From Felis catus (lineage: Eukaryota), in the NCBI RefSeq assembly GCF_018350175.1, contig NC_058368.1, positions 85,748,001-85,812,000 on the forward strand: a stretch of 64,000 nt of DNA, given 5' to 3'. Position 1 is the first letter of the stretch. Every line of letters begins with the position of its first letter. This document shows positions 26,067-39,485 of this stretch, in pieces. The translations under genes and the position numbers were made by a program. Under the pieces are notes generated by a model. It saw only the letters and a list, made by a program, of their open reading frames with translations, made no database searches and was not told where the DNA came from.

Positions 26067-26464
26067 GTAGCTCAGAACAGTAATAACTAAGTAAGAATAT
26101 TCTCATTCCTGTTATCTTCATTTCCTCCTTATTCAGACACTCCACAATTCTCTACAATGTACACTTTACCTTATTGCATTGAGTAACATACCAACTCATT
26201 CAATCACAGGTGTTTTCCTGGTAACTTTACATAGATGGTATTGATAAATGTTAAGGAGAATAGACATCTATCATATTGAGGCATCTTTCCACTAACATTA
26301 AACTTTCTTGTAGAATAAGGTTTAGAGAATGGATAATTTAGAGCAAAGGGGACATTCATGACAAAAGTAATTTGCCAAACTACCTATTCCAGTTGCACAA
26401 GACACAATACAATCTCATCGTACTGGAATGCCTGAAATTCTGCTTTAATTAAAAATAAGAGAAT

Positions 26465-27844
26465 GAGAGAGGAGTAAATGGTGGAAGAGTAAGGAGACTT
26501 CTCTAAGTTTGCTTCAGCCTTCAAACACAGCAAGATAAATAACAAATCATTATGAACAATCAAGAAATAGATCTGAAGACTGAGAAAACAAAACTGCACA
26601 TCTACAAGTAGAAACAATACCATATCATGGTAGGTAGGAACTGCAGAATTTTCATATGGGAGAGAAAAGAACTGTGAGTGCTGCAAAAGGGAAAGAGCCT
26701 TGATTACAGAGAGAAGAGTGAGCTAGCAAGCAAGAGAGAGAGAGACAGAAAGAGCGAAGCATCAGGCAGAGGATTACATCAGGAAAATTCTTCCTGTAAT
26801 GCACTGATTGGAAAAAGGGGCTGACTCTTGCAAGTCATTATAAGCAGCAAACACAAGTCTGAAGTTTTAGAAAAATACGCCATTGACTGGGGTCATGGCT
26901 GGTGGGCTTAGTGGTGTTCCTGTTAGGAAGGAGAGTGAAGACATGGGATTGGGCAGCCAGGTGTGAGGATCACCGGGGTCACATAGGTGAAAGCACTTCC
27001 TCTTTTTGGAGTGCATTTGGGAGTGGTGGCGCAGCCTCTCTGGGTCAAAAGGACTGGTGGTGTCAACGTGTTGCCCTGCTGAGGGCAACAAATCTTTGTG
27101 TTGACCGTTTTCTGAGTTTTACCATAAACTCTAAATAAATGTGGGGTCATACAACTACTTTTCTGGGACAAACCAGAAAATTGCAAAAGCACAGTGAGAC
27201 CCTTTACCCCAGAAGAACTGTGTAAGTCTGTGTTGTGTGGGTTCATAAAATTTGAAGTTTTGAAACCAGACACATACCTGAGATAAAACACAGGAGTTTT
27301 GTCCCCCCTTGCAGGTAGGAAACTCAGACACAGACAAAGTGAAGGCAGGGATCCCACAAGAGTGCCATTCTGTAGCAGCCACCCTGTACCCTGAAACTAC
27401 ATGTTCACTAGACCAGTTAACCTGAGAATCAGTGCAGCAGGACACTTGCCCAAAAGACCAGCAAAAAACCTCTAACCCCAAGTCCACTGATCATAGAGTG
27501 GTCCAAAGCTTCAGCACTCGGGGACATAGGATCTAGCTTATTTTTTATTGTTTTGTTTATTTTATTTTATTTTATTTTATTTTATTTTATTTTATTTTAT
27601 TATGTTGATCTGGTTTATTTCACAAGCATACGAAAAGACACATAATGTTAAAACTTACCACAAAGTGTACAATGTCCAAACACCCCCCACTGCAGGCAAG
27701 GAGAAACTCTTCAGAGAACTGAAGTGAGGGTATAAACAACCAAAACACAACAGCAGAGTACATATAAGAGCTCCCCTTTTTTATGGACCTCTTCTTAGTT
27801 TAGGCATTACTCTCAGGAACAGGAATAACAGGCTTTCTTAACAA

Positions 27845-27881
<37 letters not shown>

Positions 27882-28302
27882 GTGAACTAGACAAAATGAC
27901 AAGATGGAGGAATTCACCCCAAAAGAAAGACAGGAGATCTCTGAAACAGAATTAAAAAAAAAACATTATAAGGATATGAACTGGGCTTGGGAAAAAGCAT
28001 AGAAAGCAACTAAAGAATCCCTCACTGCAGAGATAAAAGAACTAAAAACTGGTGAGCCTTAAATTAAAAATGCTATAACCAAGATACGAACCTGACTAGA
28101 TGCCATGACAGCAAGGATGGATGAAACAGAAAAAAAATAATGATATAGAGGATAAAATTATGGAAAATAATGATTCTGAAAAGAAGAGGGAGAGAAAGGC
28201 ATTGTATCAAAAGGCAGACTTAGCAAACTCATAACTCCATAAAGTGTAACAAAATCTGTGATAGGAGTCCTAGAAGAGAGAGTAAAAGGGGCAGGAGGTT
28301 TA
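26465..28302 (+). mobile_element. Older carnivore L1 5'UTR and ORF1 start, with (ATTTT)n and (CA)n tracts
   Basis: ORF1-like aaaatgacaagatggaggaattcaccccaaaagaaag at about 27895 and gaggataaaattatggaaaataat, homologous to 8088-8530. Confidence 0.85.
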
Positions 28303-30290
28303 TTTTAGTATTTGGAATTTTTTGTGGTTCCATTCTAATATTAGGGCTGATCTTGCTCTGCAAAGAATGCTGATGGTACTTTGGTGAGGATTGCATTATA
28401 TGTGTAGATATCTTGGATAGTATAGACATGTTAACAATGTTTATTCTTCCAATCTATGAGCATGGAATGCTTTTCTATTTCTTTGTGTCTTCTTCAATTT
28501 CTTTCATATACCCTCTATAGTTTTTTGTGTATAGTTCTTTTACTTCTTTAGTTAGGTTTATTCCTAGTATCTTATGGGTTTTGGTGCAATTATAAATGGG
28601 ATTTATTCTCTGATCTTTTTCTGCTGCTTCATTATAGGTGCATGGGAATGTAACAGCAACAGGTTTCTGCACTTGATTTTATATCTTATGGCATTTCTGA
28701 ATTCTGAGAATTAGTTAGTATTAGTTCTGAGAATTTCTTGGTGGAGTCTTTTGGGTTTTCTACATAGAGTATCATGTCATCTGCACCAGTGAAGTTTTGA
28801 CTTCTTCCTTACTGAATTGGATGCTCCTTATTTCCTTTTGTTGTGCCTGATTGCTGAGGCTAAGACTTTCATTGTGATATGAAATAGTAGTCGTGAGGGT
28901 GGGCATCCTTGTCTTCTTCCTGACCATAGGAAAAAGGATCTCAGTTTTTCCCCATTAAGGATGTTATTAACAGTGGGTCTTTCTTATATGACCTTTATGA
29001 TGCTGAACTATGTTCCATATATCCCTATCTTGTTGACGATTTTTATCAAGAAAGGTTGCATTTTATCAAGAAAATGCTTTTTCTACATCTATTGACAGGA
29101 TCATATTTTTATTATCCTTTTTTAAATATGGTTTATCACATTGATTGATTTGTGAATATTTAACTAGACTTGCATCCCAGTAAAAAATCCCACTTAGTTA
29201 TGTTGAATAATTCTTTAATCTACTGTTGAATTAAATTGCTAGTATCTTGATGAGAATTTTGCATCCATATTCACCAGGGATATTGGCCTATAATTCCCTT
29301 TTTAATGTGTTCTTTGTCTGGTTTTGGAATCTTTGAAAAAGGAAAACAAAACTGGAGGCATTACAATTATGGATTCCAAGTTATACTACAAAAATGTAGT
29401 TATCAAGAAAATATGCTACTGGCACAAAAACAGACACACAAAGCAATGGAACAGAATAGGATACCCATAAATATACCCACAACTATATGGTCAAGTAATT
29501 TTCAACAAATCAAGAAAGAATATCCAATATATAAAAGACACTCTGTTCAGCAAATGGTGTTAGAAAAACTGGATGGTGACATGCAGAAGAATGAAACTGG
29601 GCCACCCTCTTGCACCAAACACAAAAATTAATTCAAAATGGAAGAGAGACATAAATGTGAGGCAGGAAACCATCAAAATCCTTGAGGAGAATACAGGCAG
29701 CAACGTCTTTGACATTAGCCCTAGAAACTTCTTACTAGACACATTGCTGAAGGCAAGGGAAACAGAAGCCAACACTAACCATTGAGATTCCATTGAGATA
29801 AAAACCTTCTTCACAGAGAAGGAAACAATCAAGAAAACTAAAACGCAGCCTATGGAATGGGAAAATGTATCCTGCAATCGCACTACTAGGTATTTACCCG
29901 AAGGGTACAGAAAAAAAAAGATTCAAAGGGGTACATGAACCCTGATGTTTATAGCTGTATTATCAACAATAGCCAAACTATCCAATATCCATAAAATAAT
30001 GAATGGATAGAGGAGATGTTATTATATATAATGGAATATTGTTCAGCTGTCAAAAAGAATGAATTTGTGCCCTTCACAATGACATGGATGGAGAATAAGT
30101 GTATCATGCTAAGCGAAATAAACCAGAAAAATAAAAATACTATATGATTTTCATGTGTGGAATTTAAGAAACAAACAGATGAATATATGAGAAAGGGGAA
30201 GAAAAGAGAGAGAGTGGAAAACATGCATAAACCTCTCATAAGAGACTATTAACTGTGGAGAACAAACTGAGGGTTGATAGAGGTCAGTGG
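28303..30290 (+). mobile_element. 5'-inverted truncated L1 (antisense 28303-29331, sense 29332-30290)
   Basis: The antisense part matches about 10573-11829 of the full-length L1; the sense part resumes at about 11835. An internal deletion occurs near 29880. Confidence 0.85.
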
Positions 30291-30424
30291 AATATTTGAT
30301 AAAATATAAAATTTTCTTTGTTGCTTCATGGACTGGTGTATTTTTAAATAAAATATTTTAAAAAGGATCAAATTCATTGACAACAACAACAAAAAAGGAT
30401 ATAAAGGTTTTAGGCTCTCTAGGT

Positions 30425-32735
30425 CCAGAAGTCTGGGAAGATAGCACAGTTGGAGGATCTTAAGCTCACATCATTCCATGGGCACACTGAGATAACAGCC
30501 ACATCACTGCACCTAACTAAAATAATAATAATAATAATAATACTGAAAAACTGGTATATTCCAGAGATAATCATAGAGAAAAGCCACAAAAAAAAAGACA
30601 TGTGGCGATATGGTTGGGAGCCAAAACTTTTGCTAGACTAAAGATAAATGTGGGGAGGGGGGCACTACAAGCATGGAGAAGTGAAAGGATCAGACCCCAC
30701 ACCATGTACCCCAGTCAGGGGGACTGACACTGGAAAGATAAGTCCTCATCACACTTTGCTTGGAAAACCAGTGGGACTTAGCTTTGTGGGTTTTAACAGT
30801 CAGCAGAGATTAACTCTAGGCACCTTAAAACTCAGTTGGTGTCACTCTGGGTGAGTTGGAGGGCAATAGGAAACTGAGTCCCTGCCCTTAAGGAGACAGT
30901 ATAACAAATAACACCCCCAATATATCACATAAAAGCAGCAGTTGGATAAGAGTCTGGGGTATTCATAAAGGAGATTTATTTACTAATCTCAGAATATGTA
31001 CTGGAGATGCAGGAAGTTTTAGAAGATTTCTTCAAGAAGAAAAGACCTGACGGGTACATTTATCTCCCTTTCCCTTCAGCTTAGATAGCCAGACACTTGT
31101 GGGAAAAAACATGAACACTCCCCACCTATCTTGCTACAACACATGCCCCACCCAATTAATTTTCTGTTTATTCACTCCATCCAACCTGCCCCACTCAATA
31201 ACATCCCTCCAAAGAAACTCCAACCCCAAAACACACTGAAAGCAACATTGGCAGGTACCAGTGCCACTACAAAGTGATTCCTGTCCTGGGGAGAGAAGAA
31301 AATAAGCCCCAGTGTGCTTGGAGTCCCACCAGACAAAAGTTCTAGCTGGCAGGGCAAAGAATTTCCTGCCAATCAAGGCAACTGGAGCTCCAGAAGACAG
31401 ATGAGGGAGAGGCATCTAGTCTGGCTGCATGCCTGCTCAACAACAAAAACCTCTCAGAAGGCAGCACGGGATGTGGGGAACCCTGAAATTCACTATGACT
31501 ACAGCTTCAACAGACAGATTAGGGGTAGGCATCTGTCTGATGACAGGCCCAGCCCACCAGTGAAAATTTCCCAGGAGACAGCACAGGTAAGGGCCCTGAG
31601 GCTAGCATGACTACAGTTCTAGCAGATGGCTTGAAGGCATTCATCTGGTCCGACTCTTGATATCACCCTGTACAAGCCTGCAGCAGCCCCAGACTGTCTC
31701 CTTAATAGAACAGGGAAGAAACCTGGCTTGCTGCACCATACCAGACAAAGTGGACCAAATGGACCAAAACACAGACACTCACCTGTAGCTAAGTTGGATG
31801 CATAGCACGTACAAGAGACACCTCTGAAACACCTCATTATGGAACACTAAAGTGCACCACAAGGTCTCTTCATCATAATGGCACAACTTGCAAGATCAGG
31901 AGACATGCCTGACTTTCCTAAAGCATAGAAATAAACACAGAGTTATGAAATGAGGAGAAAGAGTAACATGTCCCAAATAAATGATCAGAAGCAAAACATA
32001 TCATATTAGCTACCTAAAACAGTGATGAACAATATGCTTGATAAAGAATCCAAAGTAATGGTCACACATTGGACTTCAAAAAAGAGTGGAGAATCTCAGT
32101 TAGACATTCAACAAAGGTATGTCTCCTTGTTGAATATCTAACTGAGATTCTCCACTCTTTTTTGATTCTCCACTAGCTGAGAGAGAGAGAAAGAGAGAGA
32201 AAGGGAGAGAGAGAGAGGGAGAGAATGGATCAAGAACCTGAAAGAGATAGTAATAAAAAGCAACCAAACTGTACAACAGAAAGAATGAAAGAATAATACA
32301 AATGACAGCATGTTAGGGGAATTCAGTGACATCATCAGTGACATCATGAAGCCTAGTAGCACTCACATCATAGAGAATCCAGAGGGAGAAGGGTGTGTGG
32401 GGAGTGCTGGTGGTGTAGGAAATGCTTTGATGAAATAACAGCTGAATTTTTTCTAATCTCAGCAAGAAAGCAGACATCCAGATACAAGAGACACAAAGAT
32501 CCCCCAACGAAATTAACCCAAGGAAAGAACAAATTTTCACTGGTAAATGCCAACATAATATGAAAGCATTATAATTTATATGTGTAAAATTGGGCAAAAT
32601 ATTCACAGAATAAAAAGGATGTAAATGATGACATCATGTACATAAAATGTGAGGACAGAAGTAAAAATTTAATGATTTTAGAATGGTTTCAAATTTAAGT
32701 AACCATAAACTTGATACAATCTATTGCATGCTTAT
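30425..32735 (+). mobile_element. Old carnivore L1 5'UTR and ORF1 fragments
   Basis: gggaagatagcacagttggaggatcttaagctcac 5' end; ORF1-like aaatgaggagaaagagtaacatgtcccaaat and gaaataacagctgaattttttctaatct. Confidence 0.75.
32076..32165. repeat. 39-bp-arm inverted repeat (fold-back) with a 12-nt loop
   Basis: 32076-32114 is the reverse complement of 32127-32165 with one mismatch. Confidence 0.95.
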
Positions 32736-32744
32736 CCAAGATTT

Positions 32745-33832
32745 GAGAACCTCTCTTGACCAAGTACAGGGGATTGAGGAGTACTGAGTGTCCCAATTAT
32801 TTTTTGCAAACAGCTTTTAGAGCACAAATTCTATGCATTTGGAAGTGCATGGCTTTCTCAGGAGTAGAGCTGTTGTGTGTGCTCCTGGGGAGGAAGGTCC
32901 TGGTCTTGGGGTACATACTGTGGTGGAGTTATCTCTGGGGTGCACAGGGAGACAAGAGTCAACTTCCTGGAGTACTTTTGGAAGAGGGTTTATTGCCTCT
33001 CCAAGAAAAAAAGGCCTTTTTGTGACAGCAAAGGACTTTCATCATTAGGGTGGAAAGTACTGTGGAGGAGGGGAACGGATACACACCTTGCTGGTCCATT
33101 AAGACTTTGGGTTTTGAACCCCAGAAATGTGCCAAGTGCTGGGTCTTTTAAGATTTTGGGTTTTGAAACACCAAAGAAACAACACAGCAGAGTTTTGGGG
33201 CAGGGCAAGCTGGCTTCCCTTGCTATTCCACGAGGTCTGCCTGAACAGCAGGGGTTGAGATCCCTAGTCTTAGAATGAAAGATAGGGGTGGCACCATTTT
33301 CCCCTCAACATCAACATGGTAGGACTTCAGAGAGCAACACAGCAGCCTCCAATGGAGTCAAGACTTACCTACATAAAACCCTGCCCTTCTATACCTGCAA
33401 TAAGTGGCAACTTGCTGAGGAAAGAGTGATCCTGAGCCAACATAACCGGCCTCTCTTCCAGACCAGCACAGCCACCAGCTAGCACCCAGCCACCAAATGA
33501 CAACTTTTTTTAACCTGTTTTTTTTTTTTCTTTTGAAATCAGGCTCATAGTGTCTGATTTGATTTTTGTCATTCCCTTTCTTCTTTTTTTTTTTTTTAAA
33601 TCAGGCTTTTTCTATTCTTTTTTCCCTCCTTTTCCCTTTTCTTCTGTTTTTTTTTTTTCCTTTTTGTTCCCCCTTTCTTTTTCCTTAAAAGCAGCCTTAT
33701 AGTATTAGTGTTTTGATTCTCTGGTTTTTCTTTTTTTGTTGTTTTTAGGGTGTATGGTTTGCTTGTTTGTTTGCTTTGTCCCTATTCTTTTTCTTTTTTT
33801 ATGGATCAGGCTATACCACTCTTTCTTTCTTT

Positions 33833-33872
<40 letters not shown>

Positions 33873-36550
33873 TTTCTTTCTTTTTAAGGATCACATCAAC
33901 AAATCCTAGTTAAAGGTCCAAAACATCACCACTGCAAGCAAGGGGAACTCTGCAGAGGACTGACAAGTGGGAAAGAGCAGCCCCAAATGAACATCATAGT
34001 TCACACAGCATATACCAGAAATACTTCCTGGAGTGCCAGGCCAGGAACAGTGTATAACCACTTTTTAATGTAGTAGTAACCTCAGTTGCAGGAGCAGAAT
34101 AAGCTTTTAAAACATGCAAAAGACAGAATATTAGCCAATGTAGCAAGATGGAGGAATTCTCTCTGAAAGAAAGGTCAAATCACGGCCAGGAACGTGCTCA
34201 AAACAGATATAAACAATATATCTGAATAAGAATTTTTAACAGCAGTCATAAGGATACTAGCTTGGCTTGAAAAAAGCATAGAAGACACCAGATACACCTT
34301 TGCTGCAGAGATCAAAGACCTAAGAACTACTCAGGATGATTTTAAAACTTCTATAACTGTGATGCAAAACAAACTAGATACAGAGACAGTCAGGATTATA
34401 TGAAGCCAACATTACCTTGGTTCTAAAACCAGACAATAACCCCAGTAAAAATGATAATTATAGGCCAATATTCCTGATGAACTTGGCTGCAAAAATTCTC
34501 AGTAAGATACTCGCAAATCTAATTCAGGAGTACATTATAAGAATTATTCACCACTGTCAAGCATAGTTTATTCCTGGACTGCAGGTCCAGATCAATATTC
34601 ACAAATCAACCGAAGTGATATATCACATTAATAAAAGAAAGGATAGGAAACATTTAATCCTTTCAGTAGATGCAGAATAAACATTTGACAAAACATAGCA
34701 TCGTTTCTTGATAAGAAACCTAAAGAAAGTCGGGATAGAAGTAAAATACCTCAACATCATAAAAGCCATATATGAAAGGCCCACAAGAACTATCATCCTC
34801 AATGGGGAAAAACTAAGATGTTACCCTCTTAAGTCAGAAACACAACAGTGATGTATGTACACTTTCACCACTGTTGTTCAACATAGTACTGGCAGTCCTA
34901 GCCTCAGCAATCAGAAAACAAAAATAATTAAAGGCATACAAATTGGCAAAGAGGAAGTCAAATTTTCACTTTTTACATATGACAGGATGCTTTGTATGGA
35001 AAACCAAAAGAACTGCACCAAAAAACAAAACAAAACAAAACAAAACACCCAAAAACTGTTAGAACTGATACATAAATTTATCAAAGTAACAGAATATAAA
35101 AATCAACGTAGAGAAACCAGTTGCTATTCTATACACCAATAATTAAGCAACATAAAATCAAGGAATCGATCCCATTTACAACTACACCAAAAACCATAAG
35201 ATACTTAGATCTAAACCTAACCAAAGAGGCAAAAGATATGCATGCTAAAAACTATAAAAAGCTCATGAATTAAATTGAATAAAACACAAAGAAATGAAAA
35301 AAAATCCATGTTCATGGATTGGAAGAATTAATACTGTTAAAATGTCATACTACCCAAAGCAATTTACATATTCAATGCAATCCCTATCAAAATAACATCA
35401 ACATTCTTTACAGAGCCAGAAAAAACTATTCTTAAAAAAAGTGTGGAACCAGAAAATACCTTAAAAAACCAAAGCCATTTTGAAGAAGAAAAGAAAAGCT
35501 GAAGGCATCACAATTTCAGACTTTAAGCTGTATTACAATCTTGTAATCATCAAGACAGTATGGCATTGGTACAAAAAGGCACATAGATCAGTTGAACAGA
35601 ATATAGAACCCAGAAATGGACCTGCAAATGTATGGCAGGTCTCAACTAATCTCAACAAAGCAGGCAAGAGTATCCAATGGAAAAGTCAGTCTCTTCAGCA
35701 AATGGTACTGGGAAAACTGGACAGCCACATGCCAAAGAATGAAACTGGACCACTTTATTACACCATACACAATAATTAATTCAAAATAGATGAAAAACCT
35801 ACATTTAAGAAAGGAAACCACCAAAATCTTACAGGACAAAACAGGCAGAAACTTCCTTGACTTCGGCCACAATAACTTGTTAACAGACATGTCTCCAGAG
35901 GCAAGGGAAATAAAAACAAAAATGATCTATTGGGACAACATGAAGATAAAAAAGCTCTGCACAGTTAAAGAATCAAGAAAACTAAAAGGCAACTGACAGA
36001 ATTGGAGAAGATATTTGTAAATGACATAATTGATAAAGGGTTAGTATCCAAAATCTATAAATAACTTATCAAACTCAACACCCAAAAAAACCAAATAACC
36101 AGGGCTGAAGACATGAATAGACAGTGTTCCAAAGAATACATCCAGATGGCTAACAGACACATAAAAAATTCTTAATATCGCTCTTCATCAAACTACAATG
36201 AGATACCACTTCACATCAGTCAGAATGGATAAAATTAACAACTCAGGCAACAACAGATGTTGGCGAGGATGCATAGAAAGAGGATCTCTTTTGAACTGCT
36301 GGTGGAAATGAAAATTGGTGCAGACACTCTGGAAAACAGAATGGAGGTTCCTCAAAAAGTTAGAAATAGAGCTACTTTACAACCCAGCAATTGCACTACT
36401 AGGTATATATCCAAGGGATACAGGTGTGTGGCTTCAAAGGGGCAGATGCACCCTGATATTTACAGCACTGCAATAGATAATAGCCTAAATATGGAAAGAG
36501 CCCAAATGTCCATCAAAAGATGAATGGATAAAGATATATATATATATACA

Positions 36551-36587
<37 letters not shown>

Positions 36588-37050
36588 TTATATATATACA
36601 TATATACACACACAATGGAGTATTACACTGAAATCAAAAAGAATGAAAGCTTGTCATATGCAACAACATAGATGGACCTAGGGTGTATTATGCTAAGGAA
36701 AATTAGTCAGAGAAAAACAAATATCACAAGACTTCACTCATAAGTGGAATTCAAGATACAAATCAGATGAACATAAAGGAAGGGAAGCAAAAATAATATA
36801 AAAACAAGGAGGAGGACAAAACATAAGAGACAAATACAGAGGAACAAAATGAAAGTTGCTGGAGGGATTGTAGGTGGGGGATGAGCTAAATCAGTTAGGG
36901 GCATTAAGAAAGACACTTGTTGGAATGAGCACAGGGTGTTATACATAGGGGAGGAATCACTGGAGTCTATTACTGAGATCATTATTTCACTATATGCTAA
37001 TTAACCTGGATGTAAATTAAAAATTAATTAAGAAAAGAGAAAGAATAAAT
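32745..37050 (+). mobile_element. Feliform L1, internally deleted (ORF1 joined to ORF2 RT at about 34396), with 3' end
   Basis: 5'UTR, ORF1 start at about 34140, jump to tatgaagccaacattacc, ORF2 remainder, 3'UTR and tail (ctggatgtaaattaaaaa). Confidence 0.88.
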
Positions 37051-39010
37051 ATGTTCAAATCTCTACACTACACAAACTCCTCTACAGATGTAAGCAATCC
37101 CTGTCAATATAGCAACAACATTCACAGAACTAAAACAAAATATCCTGAAATTTGTATGGAACCACAAAAGACCCTGAATAGCCACGGCAATATTGAAAAA
37201 GATAAACAATACTAAATGTGTCACAATTGATGAAATCAGATTATATTACAAAGCTATAGTAATCAAAACAGTATGGTACTATAAAAAAATAGACACATAA
37301 ATCAGTGTGAAAGTGTAGAAAGCTCAGAAATAAATCCATGATTATATAGTTGATTAATCTTCAATGAAAGAGGCAAAAAAGGCAAGGGGAAAAGGAAAGT
37401 CCCTTCAACAAATGGTATTGGGAACACTGGACAGTTGCATGCAAAGGAATGAAACTGGATTTCTTTCTTACTCCATACATAAACATAAATTTAAGATGTA
37501 CTAAGGACCTAAATATGACAAGTGAAACCATAAAATCCTGAATTAGAGAACAGGAAGTAATATCTTCGTCATTGGCTGTAACAACAGGTTTCTAGATATG
37601 CCCCCCTAGGTAAGAGGAACAAAGAAAATATAAACTATTGGGACTTCATCAAAATGAAAGATTCTTCCACAGCAAAGAAAACAACCAACAATACTAAAAG
37701 GCAACCTACTGAATAGGAGGAGATATTTGCAAATGCCATATCTGATGAACGGTTATTTTCTAAAGTATATAAAGAACTTGTACAACACAACACCATAAAT
37801 TCTAGCAATACAATTAAAAAACGGGCAGAAAACAAGAACAGGCATTTCTCCAAAGACATCCAGGTGTCATATCAAAAGATATCCAGAGACATATCAAAAG
37901 ATTCTCCACATCTTTCAGCGTGAGGGAAATGCAAATAAAAACTAAAATGAGATATCACCTCATATCTGCCACAATGGCTAAAATGGAAAACACAAGAAAC
38001 AAGTGTTGGCTAGCATGTGGAGAAAAAGAAACCCTTGTGCTAGTGCTGGTAGGATGCAAACTGGTTCAGCACCTGTGGAAGAGAGTATGGAGGTTCTTCA
38101 AAACATTAAAAGCTATCCAGTGGTTGCACTACTGGGCATTTACCCAAAGAATACAAAATGATTAATTTAGGAGGATATATGCACGCCTATGTTTATTGCA
38201 GAATTAATTACAATAGCCAAATTGTGGGAGCAGTCCAAATCCATCAATAGATAAATGGATTGCAGTAGGGTCCCCTCCCTAAGAAATGAAAAAAAAAAAA
38301 AAAAACTCAAGGCCACCTGGCCACATGACATCCCTCACAACCTTGTAATGTGAAACCACTTAATCAGACTGCATATTTGTGTGTTACCATATATGGGAAA
38401 CAAAAAAGTAGAAAATATATAAAACACTATGTCACGTTGTTTTGGGCCTCAGTTCCTTGGGTAGAAACCAAACTGAGTGTGTTGAAAAAAAACAAAAAAC
38501 AGAACAAAAGTTGCTTCCTGGAAAGAAAAACCGTGGTGTCACTACTCTGTGTGCAAATCCTGCCACAGGATAAGGGAAGAATGGAATGCATATACAGTGG
38601 AATATTATTTTTTCATACAAAGAATAAAAGATTTCTTTTTATAACATTGATGGATCTAGAGAATATAATACTAAGTGAAATATGACAGTCAGAGAAAGGA
38701 AATACCATAAGATTTCAGTCCCATGTGGAATTTCAGAAACAAAACAAACACAGGATAAAAGGGACATAACCACCAACATGTGTTTAGCTATAGAGAAGAA
38801 ACTGATGGTTACCAGAAGGGAGGTGGGTGTGGGAAAGGGTGAAAGGGTGAAAGTGATTAAGAGTACACTTATGTTGGTGAGCACTGTGTAGTATACAGAA
38901 CAGTTGCATCACTACATCATACAATGAACACTAATATAATACAGTATGTTAACTACACTGGAATTAACATATAATGAAATACAAAAAAATTAAAAATTGG
39001 AAAAAAAATA
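37051..39010 (+). mobile_element. Older L1 ORF2 3' part, 3'UTR and A-tail
   Basis: aaatttgtatggaaccacaaaagaccctgaatagcc...; ends actgtatgtt-like acagtatgttaactacactggaatt...aaaaaaa. Confidence 0.88.
38261..38567 (+). mobile_element. Solo LTR (ERV1-type, 307 bp) inserted in L1
   Basis: Starts TG, ends CA, 4-bp TSD ggat (38257-38260 and 38568-38571); internal tatataaaa. Confidence 0.85.
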
Positions 39011-39254
39011 ATTCCATCTGCTAAAAGTACTACTTCATTTATTTCTTCATTATTTATTTCATTTATTTTCAAAAATCACATTGCATGGTAATATGTATTG
39101 AGTTTGGGAATTTACCTGATAATGATGTTAAATACATCAAAATCCTGATAAGTGGTAATACTGTGTTGCACCTGGTTTTAGTGGGAAAGCTGTGTTTACC
39201 CAGTACATATTGACACTACATGATTACTGAATACTTCTTAGAAAGATGCTTATT

Positions 39255-39485
39255 TTTTTTATTTTAATACTTTATTTATTTTTTTTTTTTTTGAGAGAGA
39301 GAGAGAGAAAGAGAGTGAACGACGGGGGGGGGGGGGGTGACAGAGAGAGAGGGAGACAGAATCTGAAGCAGCCTCCAGGGTCTGAGCTATCAAAACATTG
39401 CCTGATATGGGACTTGAACTCACAAACCTGATCATGATCTGAGCTGAAGTTGGTCGCTTAACAGTCTGAGCCACCCAGGTGCCCG
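39255..39485 (-). mobile_element. Can-SINE at the inner boundary of the right arm
   Basis: TSD gaaagatgcttatt (39241-39254) / gaaaggtgctcatt (39486-39499). Confidence 0.93.
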
